DNA from: Candidatus Hydrogenedentota bacterium
GTDB lineage: Bacteria > Hydrogenedentota > Hydrogenedentia > Hydrogenedentales > SLHB01
NCBI GenBank assembly: GCA_045863335.1
Contig: BTVY01000004.1
Span: 64,001-128,000 of the forward strand
Direction of reading: 5' to 3'
DNA: 64,000 nt
The translations under genes and the position numbers were made by a program. This document shows, piece after piece, positions 25,562 through 34,876 of the stretch (position 1 is its first letter; every line of letters begins with the position of its first letter). A model generated the notes under the pieces. The model worked only from the letters and a program-made list of their open reading frames with translations, ran no database searches and was not told the origin of the DNA.

Positions 25562-27199
25562 TCAGATATACGCCCCGCCTTTGTACGAATGGTCCTGCTT
25601 CAACACGACGTTCACGCAGGCCGGCTTGCCGGCGGCGAAGGCGCGCTCGATGGCAGGCCGGATGTCGGCCGGTTGCTCGACGTGTTCGCCGTGGCCGCCG
25701 AGAGCCTCGACGACCTTGTCGTAGCGGGTATAGGCGAGTTGGGTCGCGGCGAGGCGTTCGTAGAAAGCCTTTTGTGGACGCAGCATCTGGCCCCAGGCGG
25801 CGTCGTTGCCGACGATGCCTACGATGGGCAAGTTGAACCGGACGGCAGTGTCGTACTCGAACCCGTTCAGGCCGAAGCTCCCGTCGCCGTAGATGATGAG
25901 CACGCGCTTGTCAGGGTGGGCGATTTGCGCGGCGATGGCGAAGGGCATGCCCACGCCCAGCGTGCCCAGGGGGCCGGGATCCATCCAGGCCCCGTTCCGG
26001 GGAATGGGCACCACCTTCGCCGCGGACGCCACGATATCCCCGCCGTCGCCGATGACAATGAGGTCATCGAATTGCTCGACGAAGGCCGCGATTTCCTTGC
26101 ATAACCGCGAGGACTCGATGGGGACCGCGTCCGACGCCTGTTTCGCCGCGTCGGCTTGCGCGATGGCGTCTTCCTTCTCGCGCAGGGCGTTCGCATGGGC
26201 GCTGAAGTCCAGTGTGATCCCTTCCGACGCCATGGTCTGCAAAAGCGCATCAAAGCTGCACGCGAGATTGCCGACCAGCGCCACGTCCGATGCGCGGTTG
26301 TGCCCGACGAGGAGGTTGTCCATTTCGAGTTGGATGATCTTCGCGCCTGTCGGAATGGTCTGGCCGAACTTCATGCGGAAATCCAGCACCACCCCGGCCA
26401 GTATCACGACGTCGCATTGTTCGAGCGCGTCCCGTCGCGTGCGATTGAAGAGATGCTTCGAGTCGCGCGGGATCGTGCCGCGTCCCATACCGTTGGCGTA
26501 GGCGGGGATGTTGGTCTTTTCCAGAAAGGCATTGAGCTGGGGCTGGGCGTTCGACCATTTCACGCTGGTTCCGCTCATGAGCACGGGGCGATCCGCCTTT
26601 TGCAGGATCTCCAGTGCGGCGAGCACATCGTCGCGATGGGGCGTGAGCAAGGGCGGCATCGTGTTGATGGGCGGATAAACGGCCTTGTCCACATCTGCCG
26701 TGTTCATCAACACATCCATAGGCAGTTCGAGAAAGGCCGGCCCTGGGATACCGGACACCGCGTGGCGGATGGCCTGCTCGATGTATTCGGGAATGCGTTC
26801 GGTGTCGTAGCAGGCGGCCGAGTATTTCGTGATGGGTCGCATGAGGCTCACGTGATCCATTTCCTGAAGCGAGCCGCGTCCCAGATTCACGAAGGGCCCC
26901 TGCCCGCCGATGCAGAGAATGGGGGAGTTGGCGCGCCAGGCATTGGCAACGCCCGTCACGCAGTCCGTTACGCCCGGACCGGCGGTGACGACCGCGACCC
27001 CGATCTTGCCGGGATTGAGCCGTGACCACGCATCGGCGGCGTGGGTTGTGGCTTGCTCATGCCGCACGTCGATGATGCGGATGCCCTCGTCGAGGCAGCC
27101 GTCGTAGATGGGCATGACGTGGCCGCCGCTCAGGGTGAAGATACATTCCACGCCCGCCTTCTTGAGCGCGCGCGCAACGAGTTTGCCGCCGTGGGACAT
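25562..27199 (-). CDS. TPP-dependent enzyme (acetolactate synthase-like / 2-hydroxyacyl-CoA lyase-like)
   Basis: FTLSGGH, VRHEQ, TAGPG, GSLQE, GDGSFG...N. Start set at MSHGG. Confidence 0.88.
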   Translation of the reverse strand: MSHGGKLVARALKKAGVECIFTLSGGHVMPIYDGCLDEGIRIIDVRHEQATTHAADAWSRLNPGKIGVAVVTAGPGVTDCVTGVANAWRANSPILCIGGQGPFVNLGRGSLQEMDHVSLMRPITKYSAACYDTERIPEYIEQAIRHAVSGIPGPAFLELPMDVLMNTADVDKAVYPPINTMPPLLTPHRDDVLAALEILQKADRPVLMSGTSVKWSNAQPQLNAFLEKTNIPAYANGMGRGTIPRDSKHLFNRTRRDALEQCDVVILAGVVLDFRMKFGQTIPTGAKIIQLEMDNLLVGHNRASDVALVGNLACSFDALLQTMASEGITLDFSAHANALREKEDAIAQADAAKQASDAVPIESSRLCKEIAAFVEQFDDLIVIGDGGDIVASAAKVVPIPRNGAWMDPGPLGTLGVGMPFAIAAQIAHPDKRVLIIYGDGSFGLNGFEYDTAVRFNLPIVGIVGNDAAWGQMLRPQKAFYERLAATQLAYTRYDKVVEALGGHGEHVEQPADIRPAIERAFAAGKPACVNVVLKQDHSYKGGAYI

Positions 27200-27238
27200 G
27201 TGTGGGTTCCTCGAGTTGATGCTGTTGGTTTGGGAATT

Positions 27239-27389
27239 GGACCTATAGGACGGATAGGACGAATAGGACAAGAGCCGACGCGCCCGGCCCTACTGAATCA
27301 GGGGTAGACTCCGTGCTAGACGAGAGCCCAGGGCCAACGAAATCTGCTGTTAAACGTCTTATTCGTCCGATAGGTCCTATACGTCCTAT
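27239..27389. repeat. Inverted pair of 9-bp tandem arrays
   Basis: GGACCTATAGGACGGATAGGACGAATAGGAC ... GTCTTATTCGTCCGATAGGTCCTATACGTCCTAT. Confidence 0.85.
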
Positions 27390-27463
27390 GTTCACCTTGG
27401 AATTCACCTCGCGAATCGCCATTGTATTGGGAAGATTACTGAGTCGCAAGCGAAGGATATCCA

Positions 27464-29608
27464 ATGCGGTTGGTATGTGTATTCCTGGTTCTCGTTGGGG
27501 GTGGCGTTGCGGCGCACGCCGAAGCGCCTAGGCCGAACGTCTTGCTCGTCACTATCGACACCTGCCGGGCCGACCGGATCGGGTGCTACGGTTACGGGCT
27601 CGCGCGCACTCCGACGACAGACGCCCTTGCGGCGGGAGGCGTGCGGTGCACGAATGCGACCACCACCGCGCCCATTACGATGCCGGCGCATACGTCCATT
27701 CTGACGGGGCTGTTGCCGCCCGCACACGGCGTGCGGGACAACGGTGCCTATGCCTTGAGTGACAATGCGGTGACGCTGGCGGAGCGGCTGAAAGATGCGG
27801 GTTACGACACGGCCGCCTTCGTGTCGGCGCTGGTCCTCAACCGGCGCTACAATCTGACTCAGGGGTTCGACGTGTACGACGACGACCTCTGGGCCGAAGA
27901 CGATCCCAAACTTTTCATGATTCGCGATCGTCCCGCGCCGAAGACCGCGGAACGGGTGGTGGAATGGCTGAAGGCGTGGCACGGGAAAGAGGAGCGGTCT
28001 CCCTTCTTCCTTTGGGTACACTTCTTCGATCCGCATCAGCCCTACCAGTCGCGCGTGTCCGATCGGTATCTCATCCCTACAGCGTATGACGCGGAGATTG
28101 CACAAGCCGACGATGGTCTGGCGCTGATCATAGACGCATTGAAGAGTATGGGCGTCGCAAACGACACGTTCAGTATCGTCACCGCCGACCACGGCGAGAG
28201 CCTGGGAGAACACGGCGAAAAGACTCACGCGATATTCATATACGATGCGACCGTGCGGGTGCCGCTGGTTTTTCATTGGCCGGGACAGTTGCCCGCAGAT
28301 ACGGAATACCGAGGACCCGTGAGTTGTGTCGACATCATGCCGACGGTGCTGGCGGCGCTTGACGTCGAAGGGGGGGACGCGACCCAAGGCGTCAATCTCC
28401 TTCCGGCCTTGCGCGGCGATGCGCCTCTGCCGGAGCGCCCGCAGTACTGCGAATCGCTGTTGTCTGAAGTAGGGTTCGGCATGGCCCCCCTCTACGGCGT
28501 CCGGTACGAGGGATACAAATACATCCGTGCGCCTCGCCCTGAACTCTACAACCTTCGCTCCGATCCCGATGAGTTGAACAACCTCTACGACGAGAAGCAG
28601 GAACTGGCTGCCGAGTTGGATGGGCGGCTCAGCGCGTTACTCGACGAATCGGAACGGTTCGCATTGCAGCCAGCGGAAAACCCAATGGATGATGAAACCC
28701 TCGAAATGCTTCAGGCGTTGGGTTATCTCGCAGGCTCGGACGAGCGGACGGCCATGGAGGGCATGGACCCGAAAGATGGCATCGTCCTGTACACCAAGCT
28801 GGAAGACGCGAGGCACGCGGCGCAACGAGGCGACTATGCAGTGTGCGAGATGCTCCTGCGGGAATTGCTGGAGATTGTCCCGCGGCATGTGTCTGCCTGG
28901 AATGTGCTTGGCCTCGCTGAAATGCGCCAGGGCGATTTCGCGGCAGCAGAAGAGGCATACGAAGCCTCGCTGCAGGTTGACCCGAATCAGAGCCGGGTTC
29001 TCTACATGCTTGGCTACATCAAGTTGCGGCAGGACCGGTTTGACGAAGCCATCCCGTTGTACGAGCGGGCGCTCGCAATCACGTCCAAATTTGCCGAGGC
29101 CATGATTCATCTCGGGTTCATTGCGATGAAACAAGGCAAGCCCGACGAGGCGAAGGGATGGTACGACCGCGCGCTGGCCATTGATCCGGGCTTACCGCGT
29201 GCCCATCTCGCTTACGCCGATCTACTTTTCGTGGAGCAGGACTACGCGCGCGCACTCACCTTCTACCGGCGCGTGCTCGACACGACGCCCACCCACTTCG
29301 CGGCGCTCCTGCAGGCGGGGCTTTGCGCCCAACGCACAGGAGACGCAGACGCGGCAGCGAGCTACTTTGAAAGCGCCGGCGATCTGCGCTCCGACTCCTG
29401 GATTCCACCGTACAACTTGGCCTGCCTGAAGGCCGTCGGTGGCGATGCGGAAGGCGCACTGGAGTTGCTAGCCGCCGCGCTCGAAAAAGCCACCGCCGAT
29501 AGCGCATTGCTCCAGGCGCTGCAAAGCGACCCCGATCTTGCGCCGCTGCGCGACCGCGAGGATTTCAAAGCGCTCGTTCTCAGGTCGCAGGTTCTTCCTA
29601 CTCCTTGA
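27464..29608 (+). CDS. Exported sulfatase-like hydrolase with C-terminal TPRs
   Basis: PNVLLVTIDT.RAD, PITMPAHTSILTG, H.FDPH, TADHGE..GEHGE; multiple TPRs. Confidence 0.9.
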   Translation: MRLVCVFLVLVGGGVAAHAEAPRPNVLLVTIDTCRADRIGCYGYGLARTPTTDALAAGGVRCTNATTTAPITMPAHTSILTGLLPPAHGVRDNGAYALSDNAVTLAERLKDAGYDTAAFVSALVLNRRYNLTQGFDVYDDDLWAEDDPKLFMIRDRPAPKTAERVVEWLKAWHGKEERSPFFLWVHFFDPHQPYQSRVSDRYLIPTAYDAEIAQADDGLALIIDALKSMGVANDTFSIVTADHGESLGEHGEKTHAIFIYDATVRVPLVFHWPGQLPADTEYRGPVSCVDIMPTVLAALDVEGGDATQGVNLLPALRGDAPLPERPQYCESLLSEVGFGMAPLYGVRYEGYKYIRAPRPELYNLRSDPDELNNLYDEKQELAAELDGRLSALLDESERFALQPAENPMDDETLEMLQALGYLAGSDERTAMEGMDPKDGIVLYTKLEDARHAAQRGDYAVCEMLLRELLEIVPRHVSAWNVLGLAEMRQGDFAAAEEAYEASLQVDPNQSRVLYMLGYIKLRQDRFDEAIPLYERALAITSKFAEAMIHLGFIAMKQGKPDEAKGWYDRALAIDPGLPRAHLAYADLLFVEQDYARALTFYRRVLDTTPTHFAALLQAGLCAQRTGDADAAASYFESAGDLRSDSWIPPYNLACLKAVGGDAEGALELLAAALEKATADSALLQALQSDPDLAPLRDREDFKALVLRSQVLPTP

Positions 29609-31949
29609 TCAGCCAGGCCTCCGACAAGCGCGACATCTGCCGCCAGTTGATGCCCGGCTCAAAGGGTACGTCGAAGGTGATCGTCAGGTAGCCTTCGCGG
29701 TAGGCCTGACGCGGCACGGGGAACTCTTTGATCTCGCCCACTTCACGGCCGTCGACGCTGGGCACCAGCCGGATACCGTTTGCGCGGGGCAGACAGGAAC
29801 TCACGCCGGTCGTTTTGAAGACGTAGTCCGCATTCGGATCGAGGCCGATGTAGCGCAGCCCTTCCGGCCAGTCCATCTTGCTCATCCAGGACTGTCGAAC
29901 CCGCCGCATGCCGCTGTCCCAAAACATGAAATCCGGCACGGTCGGGCGGTCCGGTTCCAGCAGCGTGTTGTACTTTTCCGACTTGATGACGCGGTCGCAT
30001 TGCGCCACATTGCCGATGTCGTCATAGAAGCTCCCCGCTCCGGGGTTCTCCCACGTGGCCAGCATGTGCAGGTGTGCGACTTTCTCTTCCTCCGTGGTTA
30101 GCTCACGCGCCTTCGCGATTTCATCTTCGAGCCACCAACGGTTGTTGAGCGGATAGTCGACGTAATCCAGCACCGCGCCGCGTTCGGGCGCAATGGCGCC
30201 GTACTTTTCGACGCTGGTCTGGTAACCGATGGTCTGGAAGAGGGTCTCGCACATGCCCTCAATGCGATTGCGCCAGCCTGGTTGAATCGACCCTTCATCC
30301 ACGCGCGCCAACTCGGCCAGCGCAGCGTTTATAGCGGCATCGGCACCAGTCTCGGGCGCCTTTAACATGGCGGCATTTGCGGCCTCTTCCAGGGCCGATT
30401 CGTGAATGAGGCGGTGGCGCACGTACGCGTCGTAGTAGGCCCGCAGGAGGCAGAGGTTCCAGCGCCAGTTGTCGGCAAGCTGCGGCGACTTCGCCTCGAG
30501 TTCCTGCCAGAGACGTAACGTGCCATCCACACTACCGTTGCTCGCCAGCGGACCATCCCAATTCTTCTCCAGCGCGAAGATGCCGTCCGCGGCGGTTTCC
30601 GCAACTTCGGGTCCGAAGAACACGCGGCAGTAGTCTGTGAGGATTTCGCGCAAGTCCGCTGTCGTGTCCCACCCCAACGCGCTCCACACGTACTTGTTCA
30701 CGTCGTCATGGATACCGTCGGAATAGGTCAGGAATCCGTTCGTGTACGGCGCGAGATTGTTGTGGACGACGCGGTAGTAGACGGGACGCGGGTTAACGGG
30801 TTCGCGACCGAGCGTGAAGGCGAAGGCCGGGTCGATCCATGACACCGGGTATTGCGCGCGTACCACGTGGGTGATGTCCGGGTAATGGCGCAGACCGTAT
30901 CGGTTGTCCAGGCGTAGCCGCGTTTCGTAAATGGCGGGACTGGACGGACCGGCGACGACTCCGCCCATCCAATCGGGCTGGTGTTCGTTGACCCACTCGT
31001 AAAAGACATCCACTTGCCAATGGTCAAACCCCTGCAACGAAATCCAGATCTTCGCCTTCCGGTGGTGCCTGGCGAGAACCTCGGACACGTCCTCAAGGAA
31101 CGGCATCACCAACTCTGGCGGGTTGTCGCCAGGATCCCCGCCAGGGAAGAAGACCGCGTCCAGCCGTTTGAACCCGCCGAACAAGTCGCCGAGTTCCTCA
31201 AGCAAATTGGTGCGCGCTTGCGTGTCGTTGAGGTCGATGGTTGCGGGCGTCCAGATCCAGAAGTCGAGGCCGTACTTATCGCAGATGGCGCTAACGGCGC
31301 GATCCATTTCCTCGCGCGGCACATCGCCCACGATGGGGCGGTCGTCCTGCAAGGGGATCATCTCAATGGCGTTCGTGCCGAAAAAGGCTAGCTCACGAAT
31401 GTACTGATCGTACTGCTCAATGCTCCACGCGTCATACGAATTCGCCGTTGCGCGGTACCCCAACTGATGGCCGCGCAGCGGGTACTCCGGCGCCAGGGTC
31501 TCGTTCAATGGACCTGCGAGCGCAATGCGGCCATCGCTCCATTCCAGCTTGCGAAGCAGGTATCCGACGCCAAACAGGGCTCCGCGCGCATCTGCACCCG
31601 CAATCCAAATGACGGGTCTTTCCCCGGGTTCTGTCATAACGCAGAATCCCTCATCGGGCAGCTCGCGCGCGACTTCCGGTACGGACCGGCCGTTGAAGCT
31701 ATCGGTACGGTTAGTCGTGACAACAATCGAGGGGCCCTCAGAAGGCCAGCGGCCCGAGATTGGTGGAGTGACACCAGTTCGTTTCTCAACCTCCTCGGCG
31801 AAAACGTTGGCGGCAAAGTGCGACGGCCCTCGGAGTCCTTGGACGACGATGGTGGCCTCGCTCAAATCGATGGACTCGGCCACGGCGCCGGAGAAACGGA
31901 GCGCAATAGCGGTGGCTGCGGCAATGAGATGTAGGCGAGACTTGAACAT
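29598..31949 (-). CDS. Exported hypothetical protein, glycoside-hydrolase-like (GH20/GH67-type N-domain)
   Basis: Signal peptide; EGF..IAGADARGALFGVGYLLR..P..PLRG. Confidence 0.7.
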   Translation of the reverse strand: MFKSRLHLIAAATAIALRFSGAVAESIDLSEATIVVQGLRGPSHFAANVFAEEVEKRTGVTPPISGRWPSEGPSIVVTTNRTDSFNGRSVPEVARELPDEGFCVMTEPGERPVIWIAGADARGALFGVGYLLRKLEWSDGRIALAGPLNETLAPEYPLRGHQLGYRATANSYDAWSIEQYDQYIRELAFFGTNAIEMIPLQDDRPIVGDVPREEMDRAVSAICDKYGLDFWIWTPATIDLNDTQARTNLLEELGDLFGGFKRLDAVFFPGGDPGDNPPELVMPFLEDVSEVLARHHRKAKIWISLQGFDHWQVDVFYEWVNEHQPDWMGGVVAGPSSPAIYETRLRLDNRYGLRHYPDITHVVRAQYPVSWIDPAFAFTLGREPVNPRPVYYRVVHNNLAPYTNGFLTYSDGIHDDVNKYVWSALGWDTTADLREILTDYCRVFFGPEVAETAADGIFALEKNWDGPLASNGSVDGTLRLWQELEAKSPQLADNWRWNLCLLRAYYDAYVRHRLIHESALEEAANAAMLKAPETGADAAINAALAELARVDEGSIQPGWRNRIEGMCETLFQTIGYQTSVEKYGAIAPERGAVLDYVDYPLNNRWWLEDEIAKARELTTEEEKVAHLHMLATWENPGAGSFYDDIGNVAQCDRVIKSEKYNTLLEPDRPTVPDFMFWDSGMRRVRQSWMSKMDWPEGLRYIGLDPNADYVFKTTGVSSCLPRANGIRLVPSVDGREVGEIKEFPVPRQAYREGYLTITFDVPFEPGINWRQMSRLSEAWLIKE

Positions 31950-32071
31950 GACGTTTCCTGCTCCGATCGCGTTGGACCCTTACGAGTCGTTAATGGCAGA
32001 GAAACGCCATGATAGTCAAAGAGGGCGCGGCGGGCAAAGACCAGCGCGGGGTGCGTCACCGGAGACGGACG

Positions 32072-32272
32072 TCACGTCGTAGCAGGGCTTTCCGTTCTTG
32101 ATAGTGGTTGCTGAAGCGGACGCACAACGAACTGCACCGCGTGATGTGCGGCGCTGTGCCGGGCCGACAAGACTTGTGCGTGGGCCTGGGCCTCGGCCTC
32201 GGCCGTGTACTGGATGGGGAGGATTCGGATCGCGCGGGTCTGCTGGGCGTCCACTTGAATGATCACATACAT
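32072..32272 (-). CDS. Small hypothetical protein (66 aa)
   Basis: GGAGGT SD upstream of ATG 32272; downstream of a sigma-54 promoter. Confidence 0.55.
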   Translation of the reverse strand: MYVIIQVDAQQTRAIRILPIQYTAEAEAQAHAQVLSARHSAAHHAVQFVVRPLQQPLSRTESPATT

Positions 32273-32329
32273 CGGATGACGACCTCCACCGAGCGATTTC
32301 CAGAAACTGAACTGCAGCTAATGTGAGAA

Positions 32330-32464
32330 GCCTGAGGGGGCAGGACGAGAGGGGGTCACTCCCGCCCTGCCCTCATGGCAATCAAATGACGCAAGGCTGG
32401 TCGGCTGTTGATGCCGTTTACGATGCGCGTTCTTGGGTGTCGGTTTTACCTTGCGTCATTCTGA
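32330..32464 (-). ncRNA. Candidate sigma-54-dependent structured RNA or 5' leader
   Basis: Perfect 12-bp stem (32385-32396 with 32449-32460), then a GC hairpin (32333-32375) whose two mismatches are G-U pairs only on the minus strand. Confidence 0.55.
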
Positions 32465-32474
32465 GTGCTTATAG

Positions 32475-32490
32475 AGCATATGCCATGCCA
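32475..32490 (-). promoter_or_regulatory. Sigma-54 (-24/-12) promoter
   Basis: Minus strand TGGCAT-GGCAT-ATGCT with correct GG-N10-GC spacing. Confidence 0.65.
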
Positions 32491-32682
32491 AAGCCGGGTG
32501 ATCGAGAGCCTGATGGCAAAGCGGGGATGATCGGGCGGTATTCGTCGAATTTCATACTTCGTAGAGAGGAGGCGACGACGGTTTTCCTGAGATTTCTGCT
32601 CAATTTCTCAAAACTGTTGTCCCGATTCCGAACACAGTTTACATCCGCAGCCGATTTCACCGGAATCTGCCGACCCTGAGGA

Positions 32683-34842
32683 TTATCGCTTTTCCCGGTT
32701 TGCTGGCACCTGAAGGTCCTGGACCAGCGAAGTGGATGCGCTGCTTCCATCTGTCTTAAACAGTTCCCGCCCGTGAGTCCCGTCGTCCGCGTCAAAGAAC
32801 AGGCGGTCGCCCACCGCAGTCAGGTCCCCGGGTTCGGAACCGGCTGCATGATTTGAGAGGATATCCTTAACCAATGCCGGTTGGCGCACCGCGTCGACAT
32901 ACCAGAGTTCCCGTCCGCGCATTCCGTCGTCGCCCACGAAATAGATACAAGGGCCGATTTCAGCAATCGTAGCGCGTGTAAGTTGGGAGGGCCCCTGGAC
33001 GTTCGCGTACACCTGCGGCGTAGTGTCTGCGGGCCGTGTGGAGTGGAGCACCTTGCCGAACGTGGGATGGGTGGCGACGAAGAACAAACGGTCCTCGTTG
33101 AGCGACACGAACTCGTGCGGGCTGGAAGATGCCGCGCCGGGGTTGAGGTCGGCGAAAAGGTAGGTGCCGTCGACCGTTCCGTCACTCACCCAAAGCTCAA
33201 GGCCGTGGGTGCCATCTTCCGCCTGGAAGAAGAGGCGATTGCCGAATGCGGTCAATCCGTTCGGACGTGAACTGGCAGGGCCGGGAAAGATGTCTTTAAC
33301 CAGCGCGGTACCGCTACTGGAACCATCACTTTTCCACAGCTCCGCACCGTGTTTGGCATCATTCACGACGAAGAAGAGGAGGTCTCCGACCGCCGTCAGA
33401 CCTTGCGGGTCCGATGACGGATTCGGTCCCCTTTCTGGATGGATGTCCTTGAGCAGCATCGTGCCTTCTGCCGTACCGTCGGTGATCCAAAGTTCGGTGC
33501 CGTGGACGCCGTCATTGGCGCTGAACACCAGTTTGCCGCCAATCGCCGCCTTGTGGCGCGGCCACGAACCATCCCGGCCGCGCACAATGTCGCGGACAAG
33601 CTTTGTCCCCGTTGCCGTTCCATCGCTGACCCACAGCTCGCCGCCGTGCTGAGTGTCCTCGGCGGTAAAATAGACGCGGTCTCCCGCGGCCTGGATCGCG
33701 TAAGGCTTCGACCCCCCCGATCCGGGCTCGATGTCGAGGACGATTTGGGTTCCCTCATTGCTGCCGTCCGAAACCCAGAGCTCTTCACCGGTCACGCCAT
33801 TCGACGCCTGGAAATAGACATGTGAGTCCGTGGCGGCGAAGATCCCTGGCTCGGAACTCTCGGTGCCGGGATTGATATCCTTGACGAGGCGGGTCCCTGT
33901 TTCCGTGCCGTCGCTAATCCAAAGTTCGGCGCCGGACTGGCCGTCATTTCCGCGGAAGAACAAGGTATCGTGGAAAACGGCGTGCTCCACGGGTTCTGGC
34001 ATCCCATGTTCGACCCCGGGAAAGATGTCTTTCAGCAGATGAGTGCCTTCCTCCGTGCCATCGGAGATCCAGAGTTCGAATCCTTGGGCTCCTTTAATAT
34101 CCCGCGCCCGGAAGAGGGCGTGGCCGTTAATCGAACCGAGAAAAGTATTGATAATCGTGTGACCGAGGTCGATGGACCGAGGCGGTTCATTTTCAGAACG
34201 CCAGACCCAAAACATCTCACGGGGAAAGGTGTTCTCCTGCCAGGCATAATAGCAGCCCCACACGAAGACCCGATCCTCGGTTTGAAGAATGTCACTGAGT
34301 CGAATGGGTCCCGATGGTTCGGGCGGCAGTGGAAACGAGTATGCGTTATCGCCGGCCGCCGAACAGGTCCACACCCACAATGCATGGGGAGTTACGGCGG
34401 GACCCGCGAAGTAGAACCGCGCGTTTGGCCCCAACGTGCCGTGATGAGAGAAATATCGATCAATGCTTACAGCCGAATCGTCGGACTCGACGGGGACGGT
34501 CGTGTCGGGTGTGCCATGTGAGACCCATAAGGCGGCGAGCTTCGAAGGGCCGGGTGAATCGGCAAGAAAGAAAACGGCATCGCCGACAGCGCAAAGGTCT
34601 GCGGGATTCGATGACTCGGGCCCTTCCCAAATGTCACTTGCGAGGATAGTGCCGTCCGGCGTTCCGTCGGTGCGCCAGAGCTCGCGGCCGTGAATACCAT
34701 CGTTAGCCACGAAGTACACGAAGTCGCCTGCAGGGACCAGCTCGTCGGGGTCGGAATTGGGATTCGTGTCCGGGGCGATATCACTGGTGGTGAGAGCCGG
34801 CTGTGCCATACCGTGAAGCGTGGCGAGCAAGGCGAGAACCAC
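32683..34842 (-). CDS. ELWxxDGT-repeat (beta-propeller) exported protein
   Basis: About 10 G.ELW.SDGT..GT.LVKDI.PG repeats. Start uncertain (GTG 34842). Confidence 0.9.
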   Translation of the reverse strand: MVLALLATLHGMAQPALTTSDIAPDTNPNSDPDELVPAGDFVYFVANDGIHGRELWRTDGTPDGTILASDIWEGPESSNPADLCAVGDAVFFLADSPGPSKLAALWVSHGTPDTTVPVESDDSAVSIDRYFSHHGTLGPNARFYFAGPAVTPHALWVWTCSAAGDNAYSFPLPPEPSGPIRLSDILQTEDRVFVWGCYYAWQENTFPREMFWVWRSENEPPRSIDLGHTIINTFLGSINGHALFRARDIKGAQGFELWISDGTEEGTHLLKDIFPGVEHGMPEPVEHAVFHDTLFFRGNDGQSGAELWISDGTETGTRLVKDINPGTESSEPGIFAATDSHVYFQASNGVTGEELWVSDGSNEGTQIVLDIEPGSGGSKPYAIQAAGDRVYFTAEDTQHGGELWVSDGTATGTKLVRDIVRGRDGSWPRHKAAIGGKLVFSANDGVHGTELWITDGTAEGTMLLKDIHPERGPNPSSDPQGLTAVGDLLFFVVNDAKHGAELWKSDGSSSGTALVKDIFPGPASSRPNGLTAFGNRLFFQAEDGTHGLELWVSDGTVDGTYLFADLNPGAASSSPHEFVSLNEDRLFFVATHPTFGKVLHSTRPADTTPQVYANVQGPSQLTRATIAEIGPCIYFVGDDGMRGRELWYVDAVRQPALVKDILSNHAAGSEPGDLTAVGDRLFFDADDGTHGRELFKTDGSSASTSLVQDLQVPANREKR

Positions 34843-34876
34843 CGCGCCGGTAGCACGCGGCAGCGATCCAATGAAA

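Noticed and set aside
27200-27271. N-terminal extension MSYSSYPSYRS.. of the TPP enzyme
   Set aside because: Derived from the 9-mer repeat; family similarity starts at MSHGG.
32900-34700. Recurring DNA similarity at roughly 150-bp period
   Set aside because: Explained by ELWxxDGT protein repeats, not an array.
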